Assembly (NCBI GenBank): GCA_963662405.2
Contig: CAXXKT010000001.1
Coordinates: 224,001 to 288,000 of the forward strand
Length of the DNA stretch: 64,000 nt
Origin: Syntrophales bacterium
Lineage (GTDB): Bacteria > Desulfobacterota > Syntrophia > Syntrophales > UBA2210
Direction of reading: 5' to 3'
In this document: in pieces, positions 39,730 through 48,799 of the stretch
Numbering within the stretch: position 1 is the stretch's first letter
Layout: each line of letters begins with the position of its first letter
The notes under the pieces: generated by a model
Told to the model about the DNA's origin: nothing
The model's input: the letters and a program-made list of their open reading frames with translations, nothing else
Databases searched by the model: none
Program-made: the position numbers and the translations under genes

Positions 39730-40014
39730 TTATTTGTTCCCTTCTGCATTCTCCCTTTCCAACAGTGGAAGATCCCGAGGGAAAAATGATGTTTTGTGCA
39801 ATCTCCCCAATGCATCAACGTAGTCACACATCAATACAGGCTCTCGCATAAATCCGACTTCAACATTGCCGATGATGGTAGAGTGCCCGGTGACCAGCAT
39901 AGTGATGCCAAGGTATGTGAAGGATTCTCCTCGCTTCCTGAATGCTTCGAGCCTCTTGATAGCCTCTTCTTGCCAACTTGGTTTTCGTTCGGCTTTCTTC
40001 TTTTTCAACCACAT
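39730..40014 (-). CDS. Hypothetical phage protein
   Basis: AGGAG upstream; operon context. Confidence 0.5.
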   Translation of the reverse strand: MWLKKKKAERKPSWQEEAIKRLEAFRKRGESFTYLGITMLVTGHSTIIGNVEVGFMREPVLMCDYVDALGRLHKTSFFPRDLPLLERENAEGNK

Positions 40015-40418
40015 ATTGTTACTATTCTCCTCGCCGTTATTCTCGCAAATGGTCCCGCTCTCCCTAGAGCATACAAAGCAGCATCAGGAACGCCCCCATC
40101 AGCATCACCAAAAAGGCGACACATCCGAGCATGCGCCGCCAGTTGCTTCGTGGATCCGGCATTTCCAGCTTCACAAAATAGCCTGATACCTTCGCGATGA
40201 TTTCCATGGTGTCTCCCTTCCTCACGTGTAGAGCTCACGCCGGGGAATTCCGCTGTCCGCGTCAAACTTACCCTGATCCCATGCCAGCGACATTTCCGGG
40301 GAGAAAAACAGGGTGAAGTGGCAGTTCCCCTCGTTCGGGCCCTGCTTTCCGCAGTCGTACCCCGCGTTGTATGCTTCCTCCAGGGTCCGGCGTTTCGGTA
40401 TGATTTCTGAGAGTGGCA

Positions 40419-40640
40419 TCACCGTCCCCTTCCTTCCGGGATGGTCCCGCCGTTCTTGAAAAAGTTTTCCAGAGGCTTGGCATTCCCACGGAGCGCATCC
40501 CGTAAACATCGGTCATAGGTCCGGGCGTTATCGTCCGGCGTTCCGAGAAGCTGAACCCGTCCCTGCTTGACCGCGTCGATTATCGGCTTCCAGGTCTTGA
40601 TTGTGTTTTCGAGGTGTTTTATTCGCTGTTCGAGGGTCAT
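40419..40640 (-). CDS. Hypothetical phage protein
   Basis: Operon context; followed by overlapping small ORF ending at 40222. Confidence 0.5.
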   Translation of the reverse strand: MTLEQRIKHLENTIKTWKPIIDAVKQGRVQLLGTPDDNARTYDRCLRDALRGNAKPLENFFKNGGTIPEGRGR

Positions 40641-40702
40641 AATTTTTTACGGGAAAAATAATTTTTATAATTAGTAAAAATTTTAAAAATTTTTTTGCGG
40701 TT

Positions 40703-40912
40703 CTATATTTTGTCTTCGTTCATCATTCTGTCGTATTCTCTCTCCCAAAAGGAGGGGTCTTGAGAAATTCTGGTCCCGAGATACAGGCGAATTGCCCGGT
40801 TGGCCACCTGAGAACGATTAAGATCCGCCTCAGCACAGTGATTATCCAAGATCGCGAGGAGAGACATGGGAACGGTGATTGAAATATTTTCTGTTGGTAT
40901 TTTGTTAGCCAT
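40703..40912 (-). CDS. Ribbon-helix-helix DNA-binding protein
   Basis: ISITVP...LDNHC...LNRSQVANRAIRLYL. Confidence 0.7.
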   Translation of the reverse strand: MANKIPTENISITVPMSLLAILDNHCAEADLNRSQVANRAIRLYLGTRISQDPSFWEREYDRMMNEDKI

Positions 40913-41150
40913 TATTCAAATCCCCTTTCCGATAAGAGAAAAGCTCACCGACAAGCTGACCGGTTCGCTCCGCTATCAGGTTCTCAACCTTTGGGGACCG
41001 CTTCCGGCCTGCAATCACGTCACAGACATATTGATCTTTAACTTTGAGTTCTCTAGCGATTTCGGCTTGTATGACGTCAGCCGTGAGGAGGGCGATTGCC
41101 ACCCGTTTTCGTTGACCGTTGTGGATTTTCGGTGTAGTATTACACTCCAT
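40905..41150 (-). CDS. Cro/Ner-like HTH protein
   Basis: QAEIARELKV...VCDVIAGRKRSP; divergent from repressor. Confidence 0.7.
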   Translation of the reverse strand: MECNTTPKIHNGQRKRVAIALLTADVIQAEIARELKVKDQYVCDVIAGRKRSPKVENLIAERTGQLVGELFSYRKGDLNNG

Positions 41151-41224
41151 TAAGAATCCCCTTCCTTTTGTGGGTGGAAGTAAAAGTAAACTAAAAATAT
41201 ACAATCTGTCAAGTAAAATAATAC

Positions 41225-41743
41225 ATGAAAGAAGATATTTCTAAAATTATTGAGCGAATAAAAAAGCTCAAACATATCGATTCCGACGCTAAGGTTGCTG
41301 AATTACTTGGTATGGAGAGAAGTGGACTTTACGGGCATATAAAGAAAAAAACTATTCCATACAAAAGGTTGTCAGCTTTTAGTCAACAAGAAGGCATACC
41401 AATAGCGTACATTCTTTATGGTGAAGGTGCTCCCCACTCCTCTGAATCCTATACTCCAGATAATCACGCTCTCTCTCAGCACGAATCCCCTGTAATGCAC
41501 CCTAGATTTAATGAACTGATGGGAAAAACTATTAAAATCATAAACTCCCATTCTGGGTTTGCAAGAGTCCTAGAAACAAACATTGATGCTTTCAATTCTG
41601 CCCTCATAGCCATTGAAGATCTCGAAAAGACGAAAATGGACGTGCATAATTTAATGGTAAGGGTATCCCAGCTCGAAAAACTACTTCTGGAAAGACAGGA
41701 GGATTGTGAAGCGGAGGAGGGCTCTGGCGGTCAACTACAATAG
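41225..41743 (+). CDS. CI-like repressor (N-terminal HTH, no S24 peptidase motif seen)
   Basis: SDAKVAELLGM...TIPY...YILYGEG; divergent arrangement. Confidence 0.75.
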   Translation: MKEDISKIIERIKKLKHIDSDAKVAELLGMERSGLYGHIKKKTIPYKRLSAFSQQEGIPIAYILYGEGAPHSSESYTPDNHALSQHESPVMHPRFNELMGKTIKIINSHSGFARVLETNIDAFNSALIAIEDLEKTKMDVHNLMVRVSQLEKLLLERQEDCEAEEGSGGQLQ

Positions 41744-42186
41744 CTGTACAGTGTATCATCCATTTCAGGTCATTTGAGCCGGAAGGGAGGGATTGAAAGT
41801 GGCCTTGATATATTGTCCTGAGTGCAAAAAAGACATGCCTGCCCCGACGGGAGCCTGCCCCCATTGCGGATTCACATTCACATCATCTGAAATATCTTCC
41901 CTTGTAGAACCAACCATGAAAGAGTTGAGAGACTTTCTACAAGAGAAAGCCGGAATAGATGAATTTATCACCATTGTCTACGGTGGCGGGAGTCGCCCTG
42001 GCGAGGCCAGGCAACTGGTTGTTGCTTCTTGTTCTGATGCTTATTTTCGCGTGAAACAATACAAAATCGAGAATGTTCTTTGGGCAGAGGATAGCTCAGG
42101 AAAAAGGATTACGGCCAAAGATGATGTCCAGGCTTTTGAATCTGCCTTCCCAAGATTTGAAACGCTTAGAGAGTATGCTGATTTAT

Positions 42187-42795
42187 TAACGTTCTTTGCA
42201 GAATACCCCGCGGCTTGCCGCGGGGATGAATGCATGCCTTGCCCAGGGGGTTATAAAGGGGGAGTGGAGCATCCCCCTTATCCACATAGGCCCTTGTGTG
42301 ACAATATGATATAAGATCGTCATGACAATTCAGCGAACGAGTCATGCGGTCTACGACACGAGTTATCATCTGGTATGGTGTCCGAAATACCGTAAGAAGG
42401 TTTTTGAGCGGGCGGATCTTCGGGAACGAGCGGGACAACTTATCCGAGAGATCAGCGAGGATTATGGATTTGACGTAATCGAGATGGAAATATCTATAGA
42501 GCATGTGCATTTGTTTTTGTCCTTTCCACCGAGCAGATCGATAGGAGAAGTTGTCAGAATCATTAAGAGTAAGAGTGCGCGGAGTTTGTTCCGCGAGTTC
42601 CCATGGTTGAAGAAGAAACTTTGGTCTGGGGAATTGTGGGAAGACGGGTATTTTGCGCGGACCGTCGGGGACCGTATGACTCGTGCCGTAATTGAACAGT
42701 ATGTTGCGCATCATAGAGACCTTACACAAGGGCCTGCGCAGCTTGATTTCAAGCTGCGCTAAAGATGCCCCGCGGCTTGCCGCGGGGAGCTTCAC
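42187..42795 (+). mobile_element. IS200/IS605-family element (tnpA only)
   Basis: Identical subterminal hairpins CCCCGCGGCTTGCCGCGGGG at 42206 and 42768; TTAT on left flank, ends TCAC. Confidence 0.88.
42322..42762 (+). CDS. tnpA: IS200 Y1 (HUH) transposase
   Basis: YHLVWCPKYR, EHVHL, LWEDGYF, EQYV. Confidence 0.92.
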   Translation: MTIQRTSHAVYDTSYHLVWCPKYRKKVFERADLRERAGQLIREISEDYGFDVIEMEISIEHVHLFLSFPPSRSIGEVVRIIKSKSARSLFREFPWLKKKLWSGELWEDGYFARTVGDRMTRAVIEQYVAHHRDLTQGPAQLDFKLR

Positions 42796-43243
42796 TAAAT
42801 AACGAACTTAAAAATGCAGGTTGGCATGTCCACCAGAGCAATGATTCATTTGGAGTTGGCACTTACTTCAAGAACGGAAAACCAAAAAAAACACCAAGCA
42901 TAGCCGTCAGCTACTTTGATCGAACCACAGATCATATGTGGGATTCTGAAAAGGACGAACTTGTTATTGTTGAAAGAGAGCCGACTGGTCGTGAGCGCCC
43001 ATGGCGAGTTGACAGTTGGCGATTCAAATAAGTCAAATCTTTTAAATTATTTTATTCGGCAATGGAGCAGTTCGTGGAAGAGATTAGAGCAAGTGATCCG
43101 CAACAAGCCAAAGACATGTTTACTGGACATTGACATCCCATACGCATGTGAGGCCGGTGCAGAACACATGTTTTTATGATATTCCATCGGTGCTTTGGGA
43201 TCAGGAATAAGTTGAATGATTAGAAAACACGGGAAGGGTCACA

Positions 43244-44338
43244 ATGTCAGTCAGGCAAATTGCCGAAAGTAAATTCATAATCGATTATTACCCTGACGGG
43301 CGGAAGGGGAAACGGGTTAGGAAGGTCTACACGCTCCCATCCCGCGAAATCGCGGAAACCATAGAGCGGGATCTCGTATCTCTGAACAAAAAGAGCAACC
43401 CCCTTCAGTCGTCAGACCTGGCCACCATCGATAGCCTGTTTCCGGCTTATCTTAAGTGGTTCGCAAAACACCGGGCGGCCAGCACGTTACTAGACGTTGA
43501 GAACACCTACACAAAACACATATCCCGGATCATGGGATCTGTAAAAGTGCATGACCTCAAAACCACGCATATCAGTCTATACAAGAACATCAGGGGGGCA
43601 GAAAAGGCGATCCGAGGACACAATCGGAAGGGTGCGCCCGTACAAAAAACAACCTACGTATCAAATCGCACAATCATGAAAGAGCTCTCCTATTTCTCGG
43701 GGTTCCTTCGGTGGTGTCGGAGAGAAATGGAACTTGATATCAAGCCGATCCACATTGAACAACTCCCCCACGCACGGCCGAAGCCGATAGTGCTGTCACC
43801 GGAAGAAGTGGGGGCAATCCTCAAAAGCCTCGACACGACACCGAGGGCCGTGGTTTTGCTTCTCTATACCATGGGACTCAGATTATCCGAAGCGATAGGA
43901 CTGAAGTGGGAAAACGTTGACTTTGCAAACTCAGTTTTGCGGGTAATCCAAAAAGGAGGGGAGTGGAAGGTATTACCTATGAACACGTGGGTTGTCAACT
44001 CTCTAAAGAAACTTCCACGAACGGGAGCACATGTGTTTCATAATCCAAAAACAGGAAAGCCGATATACAACATAAGAAAGCCCCTCGAAAAGGCGCGCCG
44101 GGCGGCCGGGATAGAAAAGAAAGTAAACCATCATCTCTTCAGGCACTCCATAGCTACACACCTTATGGGGCGCAATGTTCAGACCCGGCTCATTCAGGAA
44201 TACCTTGGACACGCGGAGATTGATTCAACAGATTGGTACATGCACATCAATATGAAACTCTTGGGAGATGCGACCAAGGGCGCCTTTGATTTCATGGAGA
44301 ATATCCCGGAGCTCAACGAGCAGGTGACTACACCATGA
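43244..44338 (+). CDS. Phage-type tyrosine integrase
   Basis: GLRLSE, HLFRHS, LGH, terminal Y; adjacent to attR. Confidence 0.92.
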   Translation: MSVRQIAESKFIIDYYPDGRKGKRVRKVYTLPSREIAETIERDLVSLNKKSNPLQSSDLATIDSLFPAYLKWFAKHRAASTLLDVENTYTKHISRIMGSVKVHDLKTTHISLYKNIRGAEKAIRGHNRKGAPVQKTTYVSNRTIMKELSYFSGFLRWCRREMELDIKPIHIEQLPHARPKPIVLSPEEVGAILKSLDTTPRAVVLLLYTMGLRLSEAIGLKWENVDFANSVLRVIQKGGEWKVLPMNTWVVNSLKKLPRTGAHVFHNPKTGKPIYNIRKPLEKARRAAGIEKKVNHHLFRHSIATHLMGRNVQTRLIQEYLGHAEIDSTDWYMHINMKLLGDATKGAFDFMENIPELNEQVTTP

Positions 44339-44414
44339 CATATATTATCAATAGGTTGCGAAGGTAAATGACTACATAAACGCAAATACACACGTATTAT
44401 CAAGCATTATTGTG

Positions 44415-44462
44415 GGATTCCTAATCCGTGTGTCGTGCGTTCGAATCGCACCGGGGGTACCA
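44415..44462 (+). repeat. attR core (3' fragment of tRNA-Arg)
   Basis: Identical to 4516-4563. Confidence 0.95.
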
Positions 44463-44652
44463 TCTTCTCCCTGCGAGAGGTTCCCTTCCCCGGTTCTTAT
44501 TTTTTTCTGAACATTTCATGGAATCAGATTGGACGTTTCTTTAAAGATCCGGGCTTTCAGCGCCCGGATTCGCCCGCTTCCTCCCGGATGATCATCTCAG
44601 AAACCATCCTTCATTCAGCTGGTTGCAACTACTTTTCCCCGAATCCCCTGTA

Positions 44653-44668
44653 TGGCACGCTTCTTTCA
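44653..44668 (+). promoter_or_regulatory. Sigma54-like promoter (host copy)
   Basis: TGGCACGCTTCTTTCA. Confidence 0.65.
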
Positions 44669-44723
44669 TTACCAGAAGGCAAAAGAAACAAACAAAAGGG
44701 ACTACCAAAAGGAGGATATAATC

Positions 44724-44999
44724 ATGAAACGGACAGTGCAGACAATCATCATGGCGGCCTTCGTGGTGCTCGTCACCGCTTCCTTCGGCTATGCCGAGTA
44801 TACCGCAACCAACGCGGCGGGTTTCCCCTATTTCCATCTCGGATGCCTCATCGTCGGCGGGATGATCATCACCTCGCTCAAACACAAATACACGAAACTG
44901 TATCTCAGCGAGGCGGTCGGCTCCTTCGCGCTCTACGCCGTCCTGGTGGCCCTCTTCACGGCCCCGGTCGTGGGTGCGCTCAAGGGCATCGTCAGCTAG
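44724..44999 (+). CDS. Small membrane protein (host copy)
   Basis: AGGAGG RBS; paralogue of 8113-8388. Confidence 0.75.
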   Translation: MKRTVQTIIMAAFVVLVTASFGYAEYTATNAAGFPYFHLGCLIVGGMIITSLKHKYTKLYLSEAVGSFALYAVLVALFTAPVVGALKGIVS

Positions 45000-45034
45000 A
45001 GAGGGTAAGCATATACGAAAGGAGGACACGAACA

Positions 45035-45295
45035 ATGATCGCCACACATCACCACCATAGTGCGATAAACTGGAGATCGAACCTGACTCAGATATTGCAG
45101 ATCAGCGTATGGGGGTTCGTGATCGTCGCTTCTTCGTTTCTGTTCCTCTACGTGGGCCGCTGGATCGACACCCGGTTCAATACCGAACCCGGCTTCATGT
45201 TCGGGCTTTTCTTTCTCGCCGTCGGTCTGTGCATCTGGAGGCTCTACGGAGAGGCCAAGCTCACCATGGAGCGGCAGAAGAAGGAACGATGGTAA
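45035..45295 (+). CDS. AtpZ/AtpI-like protein with His tract (host copy)
   Basis: AGGAGG RBS; paralogue of 7814-8074. Confidence 0.7.
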   Translation: MIATHHHHSAINWRSNLTQILQISVWGFVIVASSFLFLYVGRWIDTRFNTEPGFMFGLFFLAVGLCIWRLYGEAKLTMERQKKERW

Positions 45296-45315
45296 CTCTA
45301 TAAACACCGTAACCG

Positions 45316-45356
45316 CGCAAGGAAGCCCCCGTCCAAAAGGCGGGGGCTTCCTTGCG
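45316..45356 (+). terminator. Long GC hairpin / terminator
   Basis: CGCAAGGAAGCCCCCG...CGGGGGCTTCCTTGCG. Confidence 0.65.
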
Positions 45357-45478
45357 TCTGAATACCGTCTTGACTCATGTCAATCGGGGGAAACAATTTG
45401 CAACGACTCATCGAGTATGCTACTAGTTTTCGGCAACTGATTCAGCATGACATACTACTCCACCCGGTACCGAGCACC

Positions 45479-45907
45479 ATGAAAAATGCCGTTCGAACCA
45501 TCTGCATAGCCGTATCATTCATCTCATTTCTCTGTCTCTTCTGTTGCCAGGCCACGGCTGGCGATCGGATTATTGAAAAAATATGGTTTGAAAAGTCTTC
45601 CCTCACCGAAGAGAAGATCTTCTTCAAGCTGGGTGAGTATGGTCCTCCCCATGTCTTCGGATTGGAAGGTGAACGAAAGCGCCTGGTATGTGACTTTTTC
45701 AACACGAAGCTTGCGAAGGATATCCCCCGTACCCTTCCGGCGAACGGCGATCTGGTCCTTCGCGTTCGGATTGGGGTTCATACCGCTCCGGAGCAAAAGA
45801 CACGGGTCGTTCTCGACCTGGCATCTATCGGAAGAAACTATACGATACTTCAGCACTTTTATGAAGACAACCTGTTCGTTATCACCGTGCTGCTCAAATC
45901 GGGATAG
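45479..45907 (+). CDS. AMIN-domain protein
   Basis: Signal peptide, RLVCDF, RVRIGVH, RVVLDL; last two residues and stop come from the intron. Confidence 0.7.
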   Translation: MKNAVRTICIAVSFISFLCLFCCQATAGDRIIEKIWFEKSSLTEEKIFFKLGEYGPPHVFGLEGERKRLVCDFFNTKLAKDIPRTLPANGDLVLRVRIGVHTAPEQKTRVVLDLASIGRNYTILQHFYEDNLFVITVLLKSG

Positions 45908-47777
45908 GGGAAGGCCTCACGGCCTTCCCCTCCCACACCACCGGGCATACGGGTCCGTACACGGCGGTTCATGTAGTCTTGCCCAATGTTTGAGCCTGAC
46001 CCCAGAGTCCAAGAAAACCCCGTTCGGCAAAAAACCGATTGGACAAAGCAATCTTCAGCGGTTTCATGTTGGACAACGCCCAAGGTCCTTTGCTTGACCC
46101 TGCCGCGATACGCGCCTGATCTTTCCCTACTCCCAGATGGATCAGGTTCTTATAACGGGTATGGCAGTTGTTTACCCATTGTTTGACCATGAAACACCGC
46201 AACCTCCTGCGCATCCAACTATCCAGATCCCGCAGAATCGTCCACGTCTCGATCAGATGAAAATACCCGATCCATCCTCTCAAATACGTCTGGAGTTCCT
46301 CGATTATCCGGTTGATGGAGACGCGCCGAGATCGCCTCGTGATCGCCCGGACTCGGTCCCGGAAGTTCCTCAGGGCCTTGCCCGTCAGCTTGATCTTGAG
46401 GAGTTTCCCGGAGGTAAAGCCGAATCCTAAGAATCCCCGCTCATGGTATCGGGCTACCGCACTCTTGTCCCGGTTCACCCGAAGCTTCAACCGCTTGAGC
46501 AAAAATGCCTCAATGGATTCAAACACCCTCTTCCCGGCGCGCTGAGACTTGACATAGATGTTCACATCGTCCGCATACCGGCAGAATCGGTGACCCCTCC
46601 GTTCCAACTCCTTGTCCAGTGCGTCCAGAAGAATGTTGCCCAGCAGCGGCGATAAGGGTCCGCCCTGCGGCGTCCCTTCCCACCTTTCCTGTACGGCCCC
46701 ATTGACCATGATCCCGGCCTGCACATACCGACGAATAACCCGGAGAATGCGCTTGTCACCGATCCTCTTGGCCAGTCTCCCCATGAGGATGTCATGGTTC
46801 ACCCGGTCAAAAAACTTCTCCAGGTCAATATCGACCACCCATTCGTATCCTTCAGATATGCATCTCTTCGCTCGGTTCACCGCCTGATGAGCACGGCGAC
46901 GAGGACGAAAGCCATAACTGTAGTCCGAAAAGGTCGGATCATACAGGGGATCGAGCACCTGCAAAATTGCCTGCTGGATAAATCGATCCGTCACCGTGGG
47001 GATACCAAGCCGTCTGGTCCCGCCTCCCGGCTTCGGAATCACTACTTCTTTCACCAGTTGGGGGCGATACTCCCCTGTCAACAACTCCTCCCGAATCCGC
47101 GGCCAGTGTTCCCGCAGGTAATCCGTCAGTTCATCGACGGTCATCCCGTCAATGCCGGGGCTCCCCTTGTTCGCCCTGACTCGTTTCCATGCGCGAATCA
47201 CGTTCTCCCTGTTCACTACCTCCTGCATCAGGTCAACCATGATGGGTTCGGATCTCTCCAATGCCGCCGCCGCTTGATACCTCCTCCCATCTCTCCTCGG
47301 GGCTTCACCCTTCAAACATGACAGAAGGCCTTCATCGAATAATGAAAGTTGCCGCATCTCCACGACCACGAATCCTTGAGTCTCACCACCGACCACACGT
47401 TCGGCCCTTCAGCCCGGCTTGCGCCACACCTAATACGGCCTCTGCTGACTTCTGGAAACCGTTCAGAGTCCCTTGCGAAACCCCTTGTCGTCTCCGACAG
47501 GTTCCCAGACCTCCCCGGGTAAGAACAGCCGCCTTCACCCCGCATCCGCCGCATTTACTGCATCACCGTTTGATGGCTACGGGCTTCGCCTTCTCACGTA
47601 AGCTCGCCCCAATGATACAGCCTGATATGCGATTCGTGTTCCTCGGATCGGGATTTTGCCTCCGGCTTCCTTCAGACCCCACCTCGCGATGGACGCCCTT
47701 GCCCTCGGCTAACAGTTTCCACCATCAGGACCTGTAGAGGACTCTCACCTCCAAGCTGCTGCCCATGCCGGGCACAC
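45898..47777 (-). mobile_element. Group IIC intron
   Basis: 5' GTGTGCCCGGCATGG; short domain V GAACCGCCGTGTACGGACCCGTATGCCCGGTGGTGT with CGC triad; domain VI ending CCCGAT; follows a hairpin. Confidence 0.9.
45969..47357 (-). CDS. ltrA: Group II intron reverse transcriptase/maturase (no endonuclease domain)
   Basis: PGIDG, LGIPTV, DLEKFFD, PQGGPLSP, RYADD, GWIGYF. Start may be 47240. Confidence 0.93.
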   Translation of the reverse strand: MRQLSLFDEGLLSCLKGEAPRRDGRRYQAAAALERSEPIMVDLMQEVVNRENVIRAWKRVRANKGSPGIDGMTVDELTDYLREHWPRIREELLTGEYRPQLVKEVVIPKPGGGTRRLGIPTVTDRFIQQAILQVLDPLYDPTFSDYSYGFRPRRRAHQAVNRAKRCISEGYEWVVDIDLEKFFDRVNHDILMGRLAKRIGDKRILRVIRRYVQAGIMVNGAVQERWEGTPQGGPLSPLLGNILLDALDKELERRGHRFCRYADDVNIYVKSQRAGKRVFESIEAFLLKRLKLRVNRDKSAVARYHERGFLGFGFTSGKLLKIKLTGKALRNFRDRVRAITRRSRRVSINRIIEELQTYLRGWIGYFHLIETWTILRDLDSWMRRRLRCFMVKQWVNNCHTRYKNLIHLGVGKDQARIAAGSSKGPWALSNMKPLKIALSNRFFAERGFLGLWGQAQTLGKTT

Positions 47778-47825
47778 GTGAAACTCCCCGCGGCAAGCCG
47801 CGGGGCAATCCTGCAAAAAATGGTA
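47778..47825 (-). mobile_element. 48-bp solo-hairpin IS200 derivative (left end fused to right end)
   Basis: Same 20-bp hairpin as the IS at 42187, LE-like 5' flank, RE-like 3' end TTCAC, TTAC upstream. Confidence 0.7.
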
Positions 47826-47919
47826 GTAACGGGGATTGCTCTGACGGTCCAACCGATAACTTCCCGTGATACCGTCGAAACGCCTCACAGACAATTGATC
47901 CGTCCCGAACGGACCGCCT

Positions 47920-48795
47920 TCATAAGGCCGTATGTGCCGTCCTGAGTATCTCCGTTATCTCAGCTCCGAAGGCCTTGACTTTATCAGCGGGGAGTATGCC
48001 GGTTTCATTCAGCGATTCAATGGTATATGCGTCTTGTTTTGAAAGGTCAACGATGGACCGGTCCGATAGTACAAGGAAGGGGGCACGGTTCGTCTTCTTT
48101 GCCGTTTCAAAACGCCAGCGGTATAATCTCTTCAGACGCATCTTCTCGCATTCTTCCAAATCGTCAAAACCCTCTATCGTGAAAAATCCCTTGGGCTTAA
48201 AGGTCTTCTCGTGCCATTTGACATCCGTCATCTTGTCGAAAAGCTCCCCTGCTATCTCTTCCAGATCGGCATACCGCAACCTCTCCTTGAGGCGGACATA
48301 GAGATCGATCAGATACCGTGTATCGAGGGCGGCATAATCCAGCTGTTCGTCCGCCAGGGGACGGATGTCCCACCGCGAGCGCTGAATCTTCTTCGATTTT
48401 TCCAGCTCCACCCCCAGATAGTCCCGGATAATGGATTTGAGAGAAAGGCTGGGGGCCTCCAGCGTACAGCCTGCCCGGTAGGTGTCGAATATATTGGTAA
48501 ACTCAAAATCATAGTCCCGGTTGAGGAGACGTATGTCGTTGTCGCAGGCATGCAGGATCTTGACGGTTGTCGGATCCGCGAAGACCTCCCCAAGAAACGA
48601 GATGTCGAGGTCCAAGAGCGGGTCGAAGATGTACACTTGTGATATGGTTGATATCTGTATCAGGCACAGTTTCTCCCTGAAATATCGAAAAGAATCGTAT
48701 TCGGTATCCAGGCCGATCTGTCGGGCGCCCCGGATGTCGTGTTGCGCCGCTTCACGTTTCCGGATGTTATCGACGAATATCCACTCGCTGTTCAT
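47920..48795 (-). CDS. RNase D-like 3'-5' exonuclease with HRDC domain
   Basis: LDTE, LCLIQI, KILHA, FDT, YAALD; C-terminal HRDC. Confidence 0.85.
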   Translation of the reverse strand: MNSEWIFVDNIRKREAAQHDIRGARQIGLDTEYDSFRYFREKLCLIQISTISQVYIFDPLLDLDISFLGEVFADPTTVKILHACDNDIRLLNRDYDFEFTNIFDTYRAGCTLEAPSLSLKSIIRDYLGVELEKSKKIQRSRWDIRPLADEQLDYAALDTRYLIDLYVRLKERLRYADLEEIAGELFDKMTDVKWHEKTFKPKGFFTIEGFDDLEECEKMRLKRLYRWRFETAKKTNRAPFLVLSDRSIVDLSKQDAYTIESLNETGILPADKVKAFGAEITEILRTAHTAL

Positions 48796-48799
48796 GCTA

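Larger units (their letters stand above)
41793..43031 (+). pseudogene. Zn-ribbon hypothetical gene split by IS200
   Basis: Removing 42187-42795 fuses ...YADL to LNNELK... in frame. Confidence 0.7.
4516..44462. mobile_element. tRNA-Arg-integrated prophage-like element / genomic island (~39.9 kb), no virion genes recognised
   Basis: 48-bp direct repeats, integrase adjacent to attR, phage regulation/replication/packaging genes, defence cargo. Confidence 0.92.

Noticed and set aside
43244..44338. Integrase as the integron integrase IntI for the cassettes
   Set aside because: No IntI-specific insertion is visible before the HxxR box; it lies next to attR and over 17 kb from the cassettes. An IntI HMM would settle it.
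44415..44462. Second tRNA-Arg gene
   Set aside because: Only the 3' 48 bp; 5' acceptor strand and D arm are missing.
44435..45295. 286-aa ORF from the track
   Set aside because: Only the last 86 aa have an RBS and a paralogue; the rest overlaps attR and another gene.
45969..47357. Retron, DGR or defence RT
   Set aside because: RT sits within clear group II intron boundaries with domains V and VI.
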